From an uncultured Desulfobacterales bacterium (lineage in GTDB: Bacteria > Desulfobacterota > Desulfobacteria > Desulfobacterales > Desulfobacteraceae): DNA of 64,000 bases. This document shows positions 9,673 to 19,032 of this stretch, in pieces. Below the pieces are notes generated by a model. It worked only from the letters and a program-made list of their open reading frames with translations. It did not search any database and had not been told where the DNA came from. The DNA lies in assembly GCA_964612755.1 (NCBI GenBank), contig CAZTEM010000001.1:6232-70231 (forward strand), in the 5' to 3' direction. Numbering within the stretch: the first letter of the stretch is position 1; every line of letters begins with the position of its first letter. The position numbers and the translations under genes are program-made.

Positions 9673-10578
9673 ATGATACTTTTTGGCGAGAGCTTAAATG
9701 TTATTGCAACAAAAATTGGAAAACAATTTAAGGAAGCTGATCCTTCAAAACGTGATCCAAAGCCGATTCAAGAAGAAGTTGAACTGCAGGTTGCAAAGGG
9801 AATGGACTATATTGACATAAACCTTGGACCTGCCAAAAAATTTGGTACAGAGTTGATGCCCTGGGTTTGCAATATTGTTCAGGAAGCAGCTCCTGGAGTA
9901 CCGTTACTTCTTGACTCTTCCAATATTGACGCAATAAGAGAAGGTCTTAAGGTGCTGAAACCTGCTGACAAACCTCATATTATCAATTCAATCATGGCAA
10001 GACCTGAAAGATATGAAGTAATGGTACCTCTTGCTGCTGAATTTGATGCAGATTTTGTTGCTTTAATGTGGGGACCAGAAGGACTTCCAAGAGATGAAAA
10101 CGAAAGAGCAGCTCTTGCTGTTGAGCTTCTTTATTTTGCCAATGAAGCGGGAATTCCCAATGAAAAAATCTGGGTTGACGGCATTGTTACACCGGTCAAT
10201 ATCCAGCAGCCCCAAGCAATCAGCCTCATGGAATTCACCGGTATGTTACAAGATATAGCTCCAGGTGCAAGAAGCACATGCGGTCTTTCCAATATTTCCA
10301 ATGGACCACCTGTTCATTTAAGACCTATTTTAAACCAGACATATATGGTAATGCTTCAGAAATATGGCATGGAATCAGTTATTTCCGATCCTCTAGATGA
10401 TGGACTTACAGCCATAGCAAAAGGAAAACGACAAGACATAGTCGATCTTATTTATGGAGTAATGGATGGTAATCAACCCGATATGTCAAGTCTTGATAAA
10501 GAAATGCAGGATTATGTTAAAACTGTTAATGTAATCCTTGGCAATTCTCTTTATTCTGATTCCTGGCTTGAAGTATAA
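9673..10578 (+). CDS. acsE: methyltetrahydrofolate:corrinoid/iron-sulfur protein methyltransferase
   Basis: Pterin-binding type sequence in operon context. I chose the ATG at 9673 (M31 of the track ORF, AAAGGA upstream). The 9583 start would overlap acsC by 70 nt. Confidence 0.85.
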   Translation: MILFGESLNVIATKIGKQFKEADPSKRDPKPIQEEVELQVAKGMDYIDINLGPAKKFGTELMPWVCNIVQEAAPGVPLLLDSSNIDAIREGLKVLKPADKPHIINSIMARPERYEVMVPLAAEFDADFVALMWGPEGLPRDENERAALAVELLYFANEAGIPNEKIWVDGIVTPVNIQQPQAISLMEFTGMLQDIAPGARSTCGLSNISNGPPVHLRPILNQTYMVMLQKYGMESVISDPLDDGLTAIAKGKRQDIVDLIYGVMDGNQPDMSSLDKEMQDYVKTVNVILGNSLYSDSWLEV

Positions 10579-10611
10579 GCAAAAAAGTATAAGCAGGAAC
10601 ATAGCAATACT

Positions 10612-10649
10612 AAAGCCCCTTTTTTTTCTTAATATAGAAAAGGGGCTTT
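10612..10649 (+). terminator. hairpin, probable partial rho-independent terminator after acsE
   Basis: AAAGCCCCTTTT / AAAAGGGGCTTT 12-bp stem with a 14-nt loop and a T-rich 3' side. Confidence 0.55.
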
Positions 10650-10676
10650 TATCATTGATAATTTTAAGGTTTATAT

Positions 10677-10973
10677 ATGACAAAAGAAGACAAAGATGAA
10701 TGGTTTTATTGCGTTGTAGAAAATACCGGCTCATCCTCAGATAACTTAGTGGGATATGAGAACAATGAAATAAAGACTAAATTCATACCTGTATTTAAAA
10801 CAAAAGAAGAAGCGCAACAGTGTTTTCTTCTGATGCCAAAGGATGCAATAAATTTAAAATATGAGATTCAAGCTATTATAAAAGAAGATCTTTTCATTCA
10901 AACTGAAAAAACAGGATATAAAATTTTTTTAATGGATGATAAAGGGAAAATAATTAAAGAACTGGAGAAATAA
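10677..10973 (+). CDS. hypothetical 98-aa protein coupled to cooC
   Basis: ATG ORF whose stop lies 1 nt before the cooC TTG start. No family recognised with confidence. Confidence 0.55.
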   Translation: MTKEDKDEWFYCVVENTGSSSDNLVGYENNEIKTKFIPVFKTKEEAQQCFLLMPKDAINLKYEIQAIIKEDLFIQTEKTGYKIFLMDDKGKIIKELEK

Positions 10974-10974
10974 A

Positions 10975-11748
10975 TTGGGTCTAAAACTTGCTATAGGCGG
11001 TAAAGGTGGAGTGGGTAAAACAACTGTTACATCACTTCTTGCAAGATGTATTGCTTTTCAAAATAAAGACAAAAAGGTTATTGCAGTTGATGCTGATCCT
11101 GTTACCAATCTTGCAGCGGGTCTAGGCATGGATGAAAGCAAACCTATCGTGCCTGTTTCAGAGCTTAAAGATCTTATTTTTGAGCGTACTGGAGCAGAAC
11201 CCGGGACAATGGGTGGTTTTTTCACATTAAACCCCAAAGTTGACGATATTCCAGATAGATTTTCCCAGGAAAAAGACGGGGTCAAACTCTTAGTAATGGG
11301 AACAGTACAAACAGGTGGGTCTGGCTGTATCTGCCCTGAAAGTACAATGTTAAAAGCTCTTATGAACCATCTGGTGCTTGTCAGAGATGAAGTGGTTGTC
11401 ATGGACATGGAAGCAGGTATTGAGCACCTTGGGCGAGGTACTTCAGGATCAATGGATGGTCTGATAATCGTTGTAAACCCCGGGAAAAGAAGCAGGGTTG
11501 CAGCTGAAAAAATAAAAAAACTTGGTACTGATATTGGCATCAAAGATATTTATGTTTTGGGAAATAGAATACAATCTGACCAGGATAAGGACCTGATAAA
11601 AGAATCCATGAAAGATTTTAAAATTTTAGGTTTTATACCTGAGTATGAAGAAATTGCCAATGCCGATAGAAAAGGGGTACGCCCCTTTGATGATGCTTCA
11701 AGTATACCTGAAGAATTTAAAGCAATAGTTGATAAACTTCTATCTTAA
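10975..11748 (+). CDS. cooC: CooC/AcsF-type Ni-insertion ATPase
   Basis: TTG start. P-loop [10 protein letters not shown] and CXC metal motif (GSGCICPE). Confidence 0.9.
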   Translation: MGLKLAIGGKGGVGKTTVTSLLARCIAFQNKDKKVIAVDADPVTNLAAGLGMDESKPIVPVSELKDLIFERTGAEPGTMGGFFTLNPKVDDIPDRFSQEKDGVKLLVMGTVQTGGSGCICPESTMLKALMNHLVLVRDEVVVMDMEAGIEHLGRGTSGSMDGLIIVVNPGKRSRVAAEKIKKLGTDIGIKDIYVLGNRIQSDQDKDLIKESMKDFKILGFIPEYEEIANADRKGVRPFDDASSIPEEFKAIVDKLLS

Positions 11749-12170
11749 AAAATCTTTGATTTTTCTATACCCTGCCGATATTGAAAATAATGTTCAAGGA
11801 TCTTGCCATGATCAAAAACAATATTGGCAGGGAGGTTGCCTTTAGTAAATATCATGGCATTCTTTGCATCATCGTCTGCTCTCAAAATACCGTTCCCTTT
11901 TGCAATAAATACAATAGACGTTGTGTGAAAACGTGGGTCTCTCAAAGGATCTGAATAGGCATGAAATTGTTCCATTAATTTCACATCTAAGCTTGTCTCT
12001 TCTTTTGCTTCTCGTATGGCAGCAGATTCCAGAGATTCTCCATAATCGACAAATCCTCCTGGTATTGCCCAGCCATGTGGCTGATTTTTTCTTTCAATCA
12101 AAACAATTGAATTATCAATTTCAATTATAATATCAACAGTCAAAAATGGATTTCTCGGGTTTTCAATCAT
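11745..12170 (-). CDS. NUDIX hydrolase (ADP-ribose / nucleotide-sugar pyrophosphatase-like)
   Basis: Nudix box [24 protein letters not shown], plus the [10 protein letters not shown] segment common in ADPR-type Nudix enzymes. Confidence 0.85.
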   Translation of the reverse strand: MIENPRNPFLTVDIIIEIDNSIVLIERKNQPHGWAIPGGFVDYGESLESAAIREAKEETSLDVKLMEQFHAYSDPLRDPRFHTTSIVFIAKGNGILRADDDAKNAMIFTKGNLPANIVFDHGKILEHYFQYRQGIEKSKIF

Positions 12171-13273
12171 TTTAATTTCCTATTTGCTATCTTTTCAAAT
12201 TCTCTGTCATATTCTTTAATCATAATCTGCCATGAATATTTTCCCATAAATAAAGATAAGTTTTTTCTTAAATCAGCATAAGAATGATAATCTAAAAGCA
12301 TATTTTCAAGTTTTAAAATCAAATCCTGTTTGCTCGAATATAATATCCTATTTAAATATTTACCAGGCATTATTTCAGGATATGATAACCTGTCTGGTAA
12401 AAGTGGGACACACCCCATTTTTACAGCTTCTACAACGGCAATTCCAAAATTTTCCTGGATTGCAGTACTGACAACGATTGACCCCTTTTTTAATAATGAG
12501 ATATATTGTTCTTTAGACTTCACATATTTAAAAGATATTATCTCATTGGAAAATTCTTTTTTTGCATTTTCAAAAATTTCATAGGGCATTTCTTCATATC
12601 TTTCTCCAAGTAAAGCAAGCCTGAAAGAAATATTTTTTGCCTTAATCAATCTCAATACGCTGAAAAAAATATTGGGTTGTTTATCCCATTCCCATCTATG
12701 ATTCCAGATAATAAGAGGTGGCTCATCCTTTTGTTCAGGTCGGTCATGTTTGATATCTGACTCTGAAAACCTGCATCCCGGGTATAATACTCGGGATTTT
12801 TTTACTATTTCATCTTTTACCCATCCGGGTTTAAAATCAGGCATGAGTGCGATCAATAAATCAAGTTTTGAGATAAATTGATCAAAATGCAATTTTGAAT
12901 TAAAAAATACTTTTGTTGCTGCAAGAGCTGAACTCATATTAATATATCCAAATTGCAAATCCACTTTCTGTTCAGGGGATAAAGGGTATGTGAGCTGATT
13001 TTCATGGAAATATAAAATAACAGGGATTGGTTTAATAGATGATATTGAGATAAAGTCAGCAAGATTCATCATATCACTTGCAAATATTAAGTCATATTTA
13101 TCAATATTTTTAATATGCTTTGCAAAATATAAGCCTGCTCCACGCATCCTCCATTTCCAATTACCAGCAGGCAAGGGTACAATATCAATATCATGGGTTG
13201 AATATTCTTTCATGCCAATGGCAAAATCCCTATGGGAACCACCAAAAAAAGATTCTAAAAACAATATTTTCAA
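12167..13273 (-). CDS. GT4-type glycosyltransferase with DUF3524 N-domain (GTDC1/QTMAN-like)
   Basis: [14 protein letters not shown]..., [46 protein letters not shown] recognise these blocks from the eukaryotic GTDC1 family. Confidence 0.7.
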   Translation of the reverse strand: MKILFLESFFGGSHRDFAIGMKEYSTHDIDIVPLPAGNWKWRMRGAGLYFAKHIKNIDKYDLIFASDMMNLADFISISSIKPIPVILYFHENQLTYPLSPEQKVDLQFGYINMSSALAATKVFFNSKLHFDQFISKLDLLIALMPDFKPGWVKDEIVKKSRVLYPGCRFSESDIKHDRPEQKDEPPLIIWNHRWEWDKQPNIFFSVLRLIKAKNISFRLALLGERYEEMPYEIFENAKKEFSNEIISFKYVKSKEQYISLLKKGSIVVSTAIQENFGIAVVEAVKMGCVPLLPDRLSYPEIMPGKYLNRILYSSKQDLILKLENMLLDYHSYADLRKNLSLFMGKYSWQIMIKEYDREFEKIANRKLK

Positions 13274-13313
13274 TATAAATTTTCCTGATAATATAAAATT
13301 TTATGGATAGATA

Positions 13314-14099
13314 TCACAGATATGTTCTTGCACCTCCGTAATGTCTTTTATAATAAGCAGAGTAAAGGGATTCATAACATACAGTTTTGCCTCTGCCAGG
13401 CGCGTGGATAAATTGAGAGTTGCCAGTATAAATTCCCACATGGGATATAGTTTTACCCCGGGTTTTAAAAAAAACAAGATCACCTTTTTTTAGATTTTTT
13501 TTCAATACAAATTTACCTGTTTTATATTGTTGAATTGATGTTCTTGGGAGCATTATGCCTGATTTTCTATAAACAGAAAAAGTAAGCCCACTACAATCAA
13601 AGCCGGTTGCAGGGTCTTCACCGCCCCACCTATAGGCAACTCCGATATAACTTGCTGCCTCAGAAATAAGCCTGTGCCTTATTTCTGAAGGTTTAGAATC
13701 CTCATTCACATATTGCTCCGGCATAACCAGAAAGTAAGTATCAATAATGTTTTTATATCTTAATTGTTCTGCTCTTTTACGGGCACTTTCTTTAGAAGAG
13801 AAATTCCCAAACCTTACCTTGAAAAAATCATCTTTATCCTTAAAGCAAAATGCCTCAACATATTGATTTAATTTAATACTGAAAGATTCTGCATTGGTAA
13901 AACTATGAAAGGCACCAACTTGTATTGAATATTTTATAAATTTGGTCCCAGCAAATTTTTTATGAGGTGTTATTCTATTATCATAGGTTTTATGCTTTTT
14001 ATGCTTGATTGATGGAAGTCGAAAAGTAATAGTTGTCCCGCAGGAAAATAAAAAAACAAGGCAGGATATGATTCCTATAAACTTTAACAATCTTATCAT
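13314..14099 (-). CDS. NlpC/P60 peptidoglycan endopeptidase lipoprotein with SPOR domain
   Basis: Lipobox LFSC. SPOR-like YSIQVGAF...FKVRFGNF. Catalytic GFDCSGL and ISHVGIY. Confidence 0.85.
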   Translation of the reverse strand: MIRLLKFIGIISCLVFLFSCGTTITFRLPSIKHKKHKTYDNRITPHKKFAGTKFIKYSIQVGAFHSFTNAESFSIKLNQYVEAFCFKDKDDFFKVRFGNFSSKESARKRAEQLRYKNIIDTYFLVMPEQYVNEDSKPSEIRHRLISEAASYIGVAYRWGGEDPATGFDCSGLTFSVYRKSGIMLPRTSIQQYKTGKFVLKKNLKKGDLVFFKTRGKTISHVGIYTGNSQFIHAPGRGKTVCYESLYSAYYKRHYGGARTYL

Positions 14100-14138
14100 G
14101 GTTAGTATTATAACTGAATGATTTTGAAAAACAAGGGT

Positions 14139-15758
14139 TTAAAGGATTTGCTTATGACATGCTTTCTCAAGTGTTTTTTTCACAATAAAGGACAAAGTAG
14201 ATAATTCATAGGGCTTTCTTATATATTCCATAACTCCTATTTCTTTAGCTTTTTCTTCATCTATGGCTTCACTATATCCTGTACATAAAATAACAGGTAA
14301 ATCAGGCTTTATTTTCAATACCTTGCGGGTAAGTTTTTTACCTGTCATACCAGGCATTGCCATATCAGTAATCATTAAATCAATTTTGACCTGACCGACC
14401 TTAAAATATCCAAGAGCATCCTTACCTGACATGGCTGTTATAACTGAATACCCGGCATTGGTCAGCATCCTCTGACCAAGATTGACAATCTCTTGTTCAT
14501 CATCAACAAAAAGGATATTACCCTTACCTTTTGCAATTTTTTTGGTATTAACAGGTTTTTCTTCTTCTCCACTATTACAGACTAAAGCCGGAAAATAAAT
14601 AAAAAATGAAGATCCCTTTAAAGGTTCACTTTCAACATCAATAAATCCATTATGTGATCTTACAATCCCTATGGTTGTAGCAAGTCCAAACCCTGTACCC
14701 TTACCCTGCTCTTTAGTTGTAAAATATGGATCAAATATTCTTTCCTGTGTTTCAGAGTCCATTCCATGACCAGTATCGGAAATTGTCAGCCTTATATAAT
14801 CACCTGGTTCAACATTATTAAATCTATCAATAAACTCAGAATTAAGACTTATATTCTCCAAATGAATTTCCAATACTCCGGTATCAAAATTTTCCATAGC
14901 ATGTACGGCATTGGTGCATAAATTCAATATAATTTGATGGATTTGCGTAGGGTCAGCATTAATTTTTTGTAAATTATCATCAATCTTGTCAACAATTTTT
15001 ATATTTTTCGGAAAAGTTGATCTTATCAGTTTTAATGCTTCTTTGACAATAGTGCCTACATTAATAGGTTTAACCTTAACAGACTGCGCTTTTCTAGTTG
15101 CTGTTAAAATCTGGGCTACCAGGTCCTTTGCACGGTTCCCTGACTCAAAAATTAATTCAAAAGCATCTTTAATTTCTTTTTTATTATCCAGATCAAGAAG
15201 AGCTAATTCTGCACTCCCAAGAATTGATGTCAGGATATTATTAAAATCATGGGTGATACCTCCTGCAAGAGTACCTATGGCTTCCATTTTTTGAGCCTGG
15301 CGCAGTTCATCTTCAATCCTTTTTTGTTTTTCAATATCTCTTATAAAGGCAAGGCTTGCAGGTCTGCCTTCCCATTCAACAGCAACTGATTTAATTTCAA
15401 CCCATACAATGGTTTTATCATTTCTTACAGCCCTTATGCGATAATGTTCATCCCTTTGCTGTAAAAGTATATTATTCTCGTGGTTTATCATTACATCGTC
15501 AACATCATCAGGATGAACATAATCAAAAAAATTCTCTGCAGCCAGACTCTTGTCGTCAATTCGCAACAAAGCAAGCATTTCTTTATTAACAAACCTGACT
15601 TTATCATCCTGCACTACAACGATGCCGTCCCCGCCATTCTCTACAAGGAGCCGGTATTTTCTTTCGCTTCGAACAAGGTTATTGTATTTTTCTAAAAGTA
15701 TCTCGTAGTTCGAAATATTTTCAGATTCATTAATGTTCTTCTTTGACGAATCCTTCAT
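14139..15758 (-). CDS. hybrid sensor histidine kinase (PAS-HisKA-HATPase-REC)
   Basis: H-box GGITHDFNNIL, G-boxes DTGHGM / GTGFGL, C-terminal receiver ILFVDDE...DMAMPGMTG. Confidence 0.9.
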   Translation of the reverse strand: MKDSSKKNINESENISNYEILLEKYNNLVRSERKYRLLVENGGDGIVVVQDDKVRFVNKEMLALLRIDDKSLAAENFFDYVHPDDVDDVMINHENNILLQQRDEHYRIRAVRNDKTIVWVEIKSVAVEWEGRPASLAFIRDIEKQKRIEDELRQAQKMEAIGTLAGGITHDFNNILTSILGSAELALLDLDNKKEIKDAFELIFESGNRAKDLVAQILTATRKAQSVKVKPINVGTIVKEALKLIRSTFPKNIKIVDKIDDNLQKINADPTQIHQIILNLCTNAVHAMENFDTGVLEIHLENISLNSEFIDRFNNVEPGDYIRLTISDTGHGMDSETQERIFDPYFTTKEQGKGTGFGLATTIGIVRSHNGFIDVESEPLKGSSFFIYFPALVCNSGEEEKPVNTKKIAKGKGNILFVDDEQEIVNLGQRMLTNAGYSVITAMSGKDALGYFKVGQVKIDLMITDMAMPGMTGKKLTRKVLKIKPDLPVILCTGYSEAIDEEKAKEIGVMEYIRKPYELSTLSFIVKKTLEKACHKQIL

Positions 15759-15957
15759 TTGAAGCTCAGACCTTATATGTTGAACAATTTGTAAAAAACA
15801 TGAAAATTAATACGAAATTTAATCGTGAAAACTTAATAAAACAATAACACAATTTCAAATTAAATTAAAATTATTTCTCAAAAAATATTGCACACTCAAT
15901 AGTTTTAATTGTATGTTTACATTTCATAGGTAAAAAGAACTTATATGGGAAGCTATT

Positions 15958-17220
15958 TTGGAAATATTTGAAAATAATGAAATTAAAATTACTACTTGCA
16001 AAAAAGGCTATAACAGGTACACAAAAATAAGTTATCCTGTAAAATATGGTATTTATTCAGAAATTGAAACAAAAGATCATATATTCCAATTTAATTTAAA
16101 TAACGAAATTGTAAGGGCAAAAGGAAAAGGGGACTCATGGCTCAATCCTTCGGAGTGGCTGAAAAGAACAATTGGCAACGATTGGATATATTATTCCACT
16201 GGTGGATACTCAGGTGTCTTTGAAGCAATTGGCGAATATTATCTGCCAAATTTTCCATACCTTACAAACTCGCTGATTGGAGGAAAGCCTTTTAAGGAGC
16301 CCATGATCAATGAAATAATTTCTAAATGGTCAAATATTATCAATGAAGTATCAATTAAAAAAAAACTTCCAGCAAGGTTTAAATATTTTATTAATAAAAT
16401 ACTTTTAAATTCAAATAAACAACTCTCCCTTAAAGCTGATACTCTAATAAAAATATTAAAACGAAGGATCAGTGTACTTCCACCTGATGCCCGCCATGTT
16501 GATTATGATGTGATTCCTGTCAATATTTCCCATGGCTGCCTTTATAATTGCAAATTCTGCAGAGTTAAAACAGACGAATCTTTTTCATTGCTTGGTATGG
16601 ACCAAATTTCACATCAGATTAAAAAATTAAAAGCATTGTATGCTGATGATATTACAAATTATAACTCAATTTTTTTAGGTGAACATGACAGCCTGAATTC
16701 TCCTTCTGATCTTATCATGTTCGCAGCAAAACAAGCTTATTTACAATTTAATTTTAAACATTCATTCATGGGAAAGGCTAATCTCTTCTTGTTTGGGAGT
16801 GTTGACGCACTTTTAAATAAAAAAAAAACAGACTTTGACAAATTTGCCACCCTGCCATTTAAAATTTATATTAATATAGGTTTAGAATCTGCTGACCAGG
16901 AGACTTTAGATATCCTTGGAAAACCTCTCACCACAAAAAAAATAATAGCAGCATACAAATTAATCAGAGATATAAATATTCAATATGAAAATATTGAAAT
17001 CTCATCAAATTTTATTATTGATGACAATCTTCCAAAAAACCATTATGTTTCCATACTTAACCTTTTACAAAAGGAATGCACAATATTTAAAAATAAAGGA
17101 GATATTTACCTGTCTCCTTTAAGAATTAATAAACCGTCAAGACAGGAGCTGTTCAAGTTCAATGAATTAAAAATCAAAAGCCCTGCCCCAACATTTCTTT
17201 ATATTATTCAAAGATTGTAA
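15958..17220 (+). CDS. radical SAM protein with an uncharacterised N-terminal domain of about 190 aa
   Basis: C194-X3-C198-X2-C201 (GCLYNCKFC, 16537-16560). TTG start as in the track, with no in-frame ATG until about residue 117. Confidence 0.7.
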   Translation: MEIFENNEIKITTCKKGYNRYTKISYPVKYGIYSEIETKDHIFQFNLNNEIVRAKGKGDSWLNPSEWLKRTIGNDWIYYSTGGYSGVFEAIGEYYLPNFPYLTNSLIGGKPFKEPMINEIISKWSNIINEVSIKKKLPARFKYFINKILLNSNKQLSLKADTLIKILKRRISVLPPDARHVDYDVIPVNISHGCLYNCKFCRVKTDESFSLLGMDQISHQIKKLKALYADDITNYNSIFLGEHDSLNSPSDLIMFAAKQAYLQFNFKHSFMGKANLFLFGSVDALLNKKKTDFDKFATLPFKIYINIGLESADQETLDILGKPLTTKKIIAAYKLIRDINIQYENIEISSNFIIDDNLPKNHYVSILNLLQKECTIFKNKGDIYLSPLRINKPSRQELFKFNELKIKSPAPTFLYIIQRL

Positions 17221-17259
17221 TCTTGATTTTCATTAATTTTAGTGTTAGCTATTTTATCC

Positions 17260-18108
17260 ATGAAAACTATAAAAAAAGTCTCGATCCATGGAGGACACAG
17301 TAAAGAATTTTGTCTCCATGCTAAAGATCTATTAGAAGATATCATTAAGAAATATATTCAAAAAGGCTATTATTGGGTTGGAATAACTGAACATGCCCCG
17401 CCTTTAAATGATGCATTCAGGTACCCTGATGAAAAGGCTGCCAATATATCGGCTGATCAATTAAATGACCAGTTCAATAATTATATTCTTAAACTCAATA
17501 AACTGAAAAAGATCTATGCTGAAAAAATCAAAATTTATATTGGCTTTGAAACAGAAGCCTATGAAGGATATATAGATTATACAAAAAAACTTATTAAAAT
17601 TCATAGACCAGACTATATTGTAGGATCCATACATCATATTAACAATATCTGCTTTGATTTCTCGAAAACTCTATATAAAAAAGCAATTAAGTCTTGTGGA
17701 GATATTGATTCAATGTATGGAAAATATTTTGACAAACAATATGAATTAATTAGAGAACTTAAACCCTCTGTGCTTGGACATTTCGATTTGATAAGAATTT
17801 TTGACCCTGAATATAAAAAAAGAATAAAACAAAAATTTATTTTTAGCAAAATCATAAAAAATTTAAAAGAATGCAGGGACAATGATATTATTCTTGATTT
17901 TAATACCCGAGCCTTAAAAAAGAACGCACCAGAACCATATATTTCCGGCATAATTCTTGAGCAAGCAAAAGAGATTGGTGTAAAAGTGGTACCAGGCGAC
18001 GATTCCCACGGTATAAACGATATTGATACTGATATTAATACAGGGATAAAAATACTTTTTGACCAGGGATTTAATACAAACTGGGATAGACCAAGGATAT
18101 ATCATTAA
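17260..18108 (+). CDS. PHP-family phosphoesterase (HisJ/HisK histidinol-phosphatase family)
   Basis: IHGGHSKEFCLHA...GITEHAP...GSIHH...GHFD...GDDSHG metal-ligand pattern. I preferred the ATG at 17260 (M7 of the track ORF). Confidence 0.8.
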   Translation: MKTIKKVSIHGGHSKEFCLHAKDLLEDIIKKYIQKGYYWVGITEHAPPLNDAFRYPDEKAANISADQLNDQFNNYILKLNKLKKIYAEKIKIYIGFETEAYEGYIDYTKKLIKIHRPDYIVGSIHHINNICFDFSKTLYKKAIKSCGDIDSMYGKYFDKQYELIRELKPSVLGHFDLIRIFDPEYKKRIKQKFIFSKIIKNLKECRDNDIILDFNTRALKKNAPEPYISGIILEQAKEIGVKVVPGDDSHGINDIDTDINTGIKILFDQGFNTNWDRPRIYH

Positions 18109-18169
18109 TAAATAACGGACCTGTTACCATAGTGCTTGATACAGAAACCTTAACAATAAAAAATTAATT

Positions 18170-18910
18170 ATGAAACTTGATAATATTTCCATCATCTTAG
18201 TTGAGCCCCAGGGTCCTATCAATATTGGCGCCTGCTGCCGAGTCATGAAAAATTTCGGATTTAAAGATTTAAGACTTGTCAATCCATGCCAGGGATATAA
18301 ATCAAAAGACGGGCGAAAAATGGCATTAAATGCCATGGACATACTTAAATCGGCAAAACTCTATAAAACCTTAAACTCAGCCTTAGAAGACTGTAATATT
18401 GCCTTTGGGACAACAAGACGTCGCGGGAAATACAGGAGTGATTTTATTACACCTGATATCACAGCAAAAAAAATTCAAGCCTATGATGATCTTACTAAAA
18501 TTGCTCTTGTTTTTGGAAGAGAGGATTCAGGGCTTACAACAAATGAACTTAAAAAATGCCAGAAATTTGTAACTATCCCCACAGATGATGCTTTTGCATC
18601 CATGAATCTTTCCCATGCAATCACAATATTATTATATGAAATCAATGGCAAGATTATCAACAAAAATAATATATCAGGATCAGGCTCGTCACAAGAAAAA
18701 GAACTTGCCACTGGCAAAGAACTTGAACAAATGTATTCTCATATGCGAAAGGGTCTAATTAAAATTGAATATCTTGATCCAAATAACCCGGATCACCTGT
18801 TAAAAAGTTATAGAAAAATATTTGGGAATGCCGAGCTTACAAGCCGGGATGTACGAATAATCAGAGGTCTGATAAGTAAAATCGAATGGATAGAATCTAA
18901 AACCAGGTAG
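18170..18910 (+). CDS. trmJ: SpoU/TrmH-class tRNA 2'-O-methyltransferase (TrmJ-like)
   Basis: ISIILVEPQGPINIGACCRVMKNFG..., FGREDSGLT, LNLSHA. Confidence 0.8.
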   Translation: MKLDNISIILVEPQGPINIGACCRVMKNFGFKDLRLVNPCQGYKSKDGRKMALNAMDILKSAKLYKTLNSALEDCNIAFGTTRRRGKYRSDFITPDITAKKIQAYDDLTKIALVFGREDSGLTTNELKKCQKFVTIPTDDAFASMNLSHAITILLYEINGKIINKNNISGSGSSQEKELATGKELEQMYSHMRKGLIKIEYLDPNNPDHLLKSYRKIFGNAELTSRDVRIIRGLISKIEWIESKTR

Positions 18911-19032
18911 CCTTTCAGCTATTATGGTAAATAGCCTTATAATAAGAAAACCATTGATCTTAACAAAAGCATCCTATATCATTGTTAATAAAGATATGAA
19001 TTAATATATTTTCTTCTTAAAAATTTAAATTA

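Noticed and set aside
11058-11543. 161-aa minus-strand ORF
   Set aside because: It is antisense to cooC, which carries a P-loop and a CXC motif.
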